NCBI RefSeq assembly: GCF_006345805.1
Contig: NC_043014.1
Location: 25,730,001 to 25,794,000 of the forward strand
Source: Octopus sinensis
Taxonomy: Eukaryota
DNA length: 64,000 nucleotides
Direction of reading: 5' to 3'
The first letter of the stretch is position 1. Every line of letters begins with the position of its first letter. The translations under genes were made by a program, and so were the position numbers. Positions 63,981 through 64,000 of this stretch are shown here, in pieces. The notes beneath the pieces are model-generated. The model was not told the DNA's origin. It did no database searches and was given only the letters and a program-made list of their open reading frames with translations.

Positions 63981-64000
63981 GTATATGTATATATATATAT
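63330..64000. repeat. (TA)n-rich microsatellite blocks (63330-63545 and 63815-64000)
   Basis: Direct reading. Confidence 0.9.

Overview
AT-rich, microsatellite- and transposon-dense animal DNA, most likely octopus (inferred from the SINE, RTE and (TA)n landscape; not verified). Two host genes are supported, both on +. (1) NAA50/San N-terminal acetyltransferase: coding exons at 17602-17738, 20455-20574, 22742-22808 and 24931-25105; the first coding exon is uncertain, and the only in-window candidate lies inside a Tc1 remnant. (2) A solitary, intronless histone H2A.X (42807-43226, C-terminus SQSQEF) with TATA and E2F-like promoter motifs and a histone 3' stem-loop. The rest is mostly decayed or nested mobile DNA: RTE, CR1-like and Penelope-like retroelements, Gypsy, Tc1/mariner, hAT, a piggyBac-type MITE, a Helitron and several tRNA-derived SINE families. 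The most striking structure is a 2.9-kb foldback element (37779-40679) about 2.1 kb upstream of H2A.X. It has ~1.3-kb near-identical inverted arms and a 9-bp TSD, and it sits inside a GGATC-ended MITE with an 8-bp TSD; an uninterrupted copy of that MITE at 52283-52613 shows the empty site. Both arms carry the same RTE insertion in mirror image plus NRF1-like motifs and (CG)n runs, and the spacer carries two E2F consensus sites. Other leads are a possible Tc1-derived NAA50 exon, a LINE/SINE 3' stem-loop with compensatory changes, SINE tail swapping and several hairpins at element breakpoints. All alignments were done by eye, and boundaries of decayed repeats are approximate.
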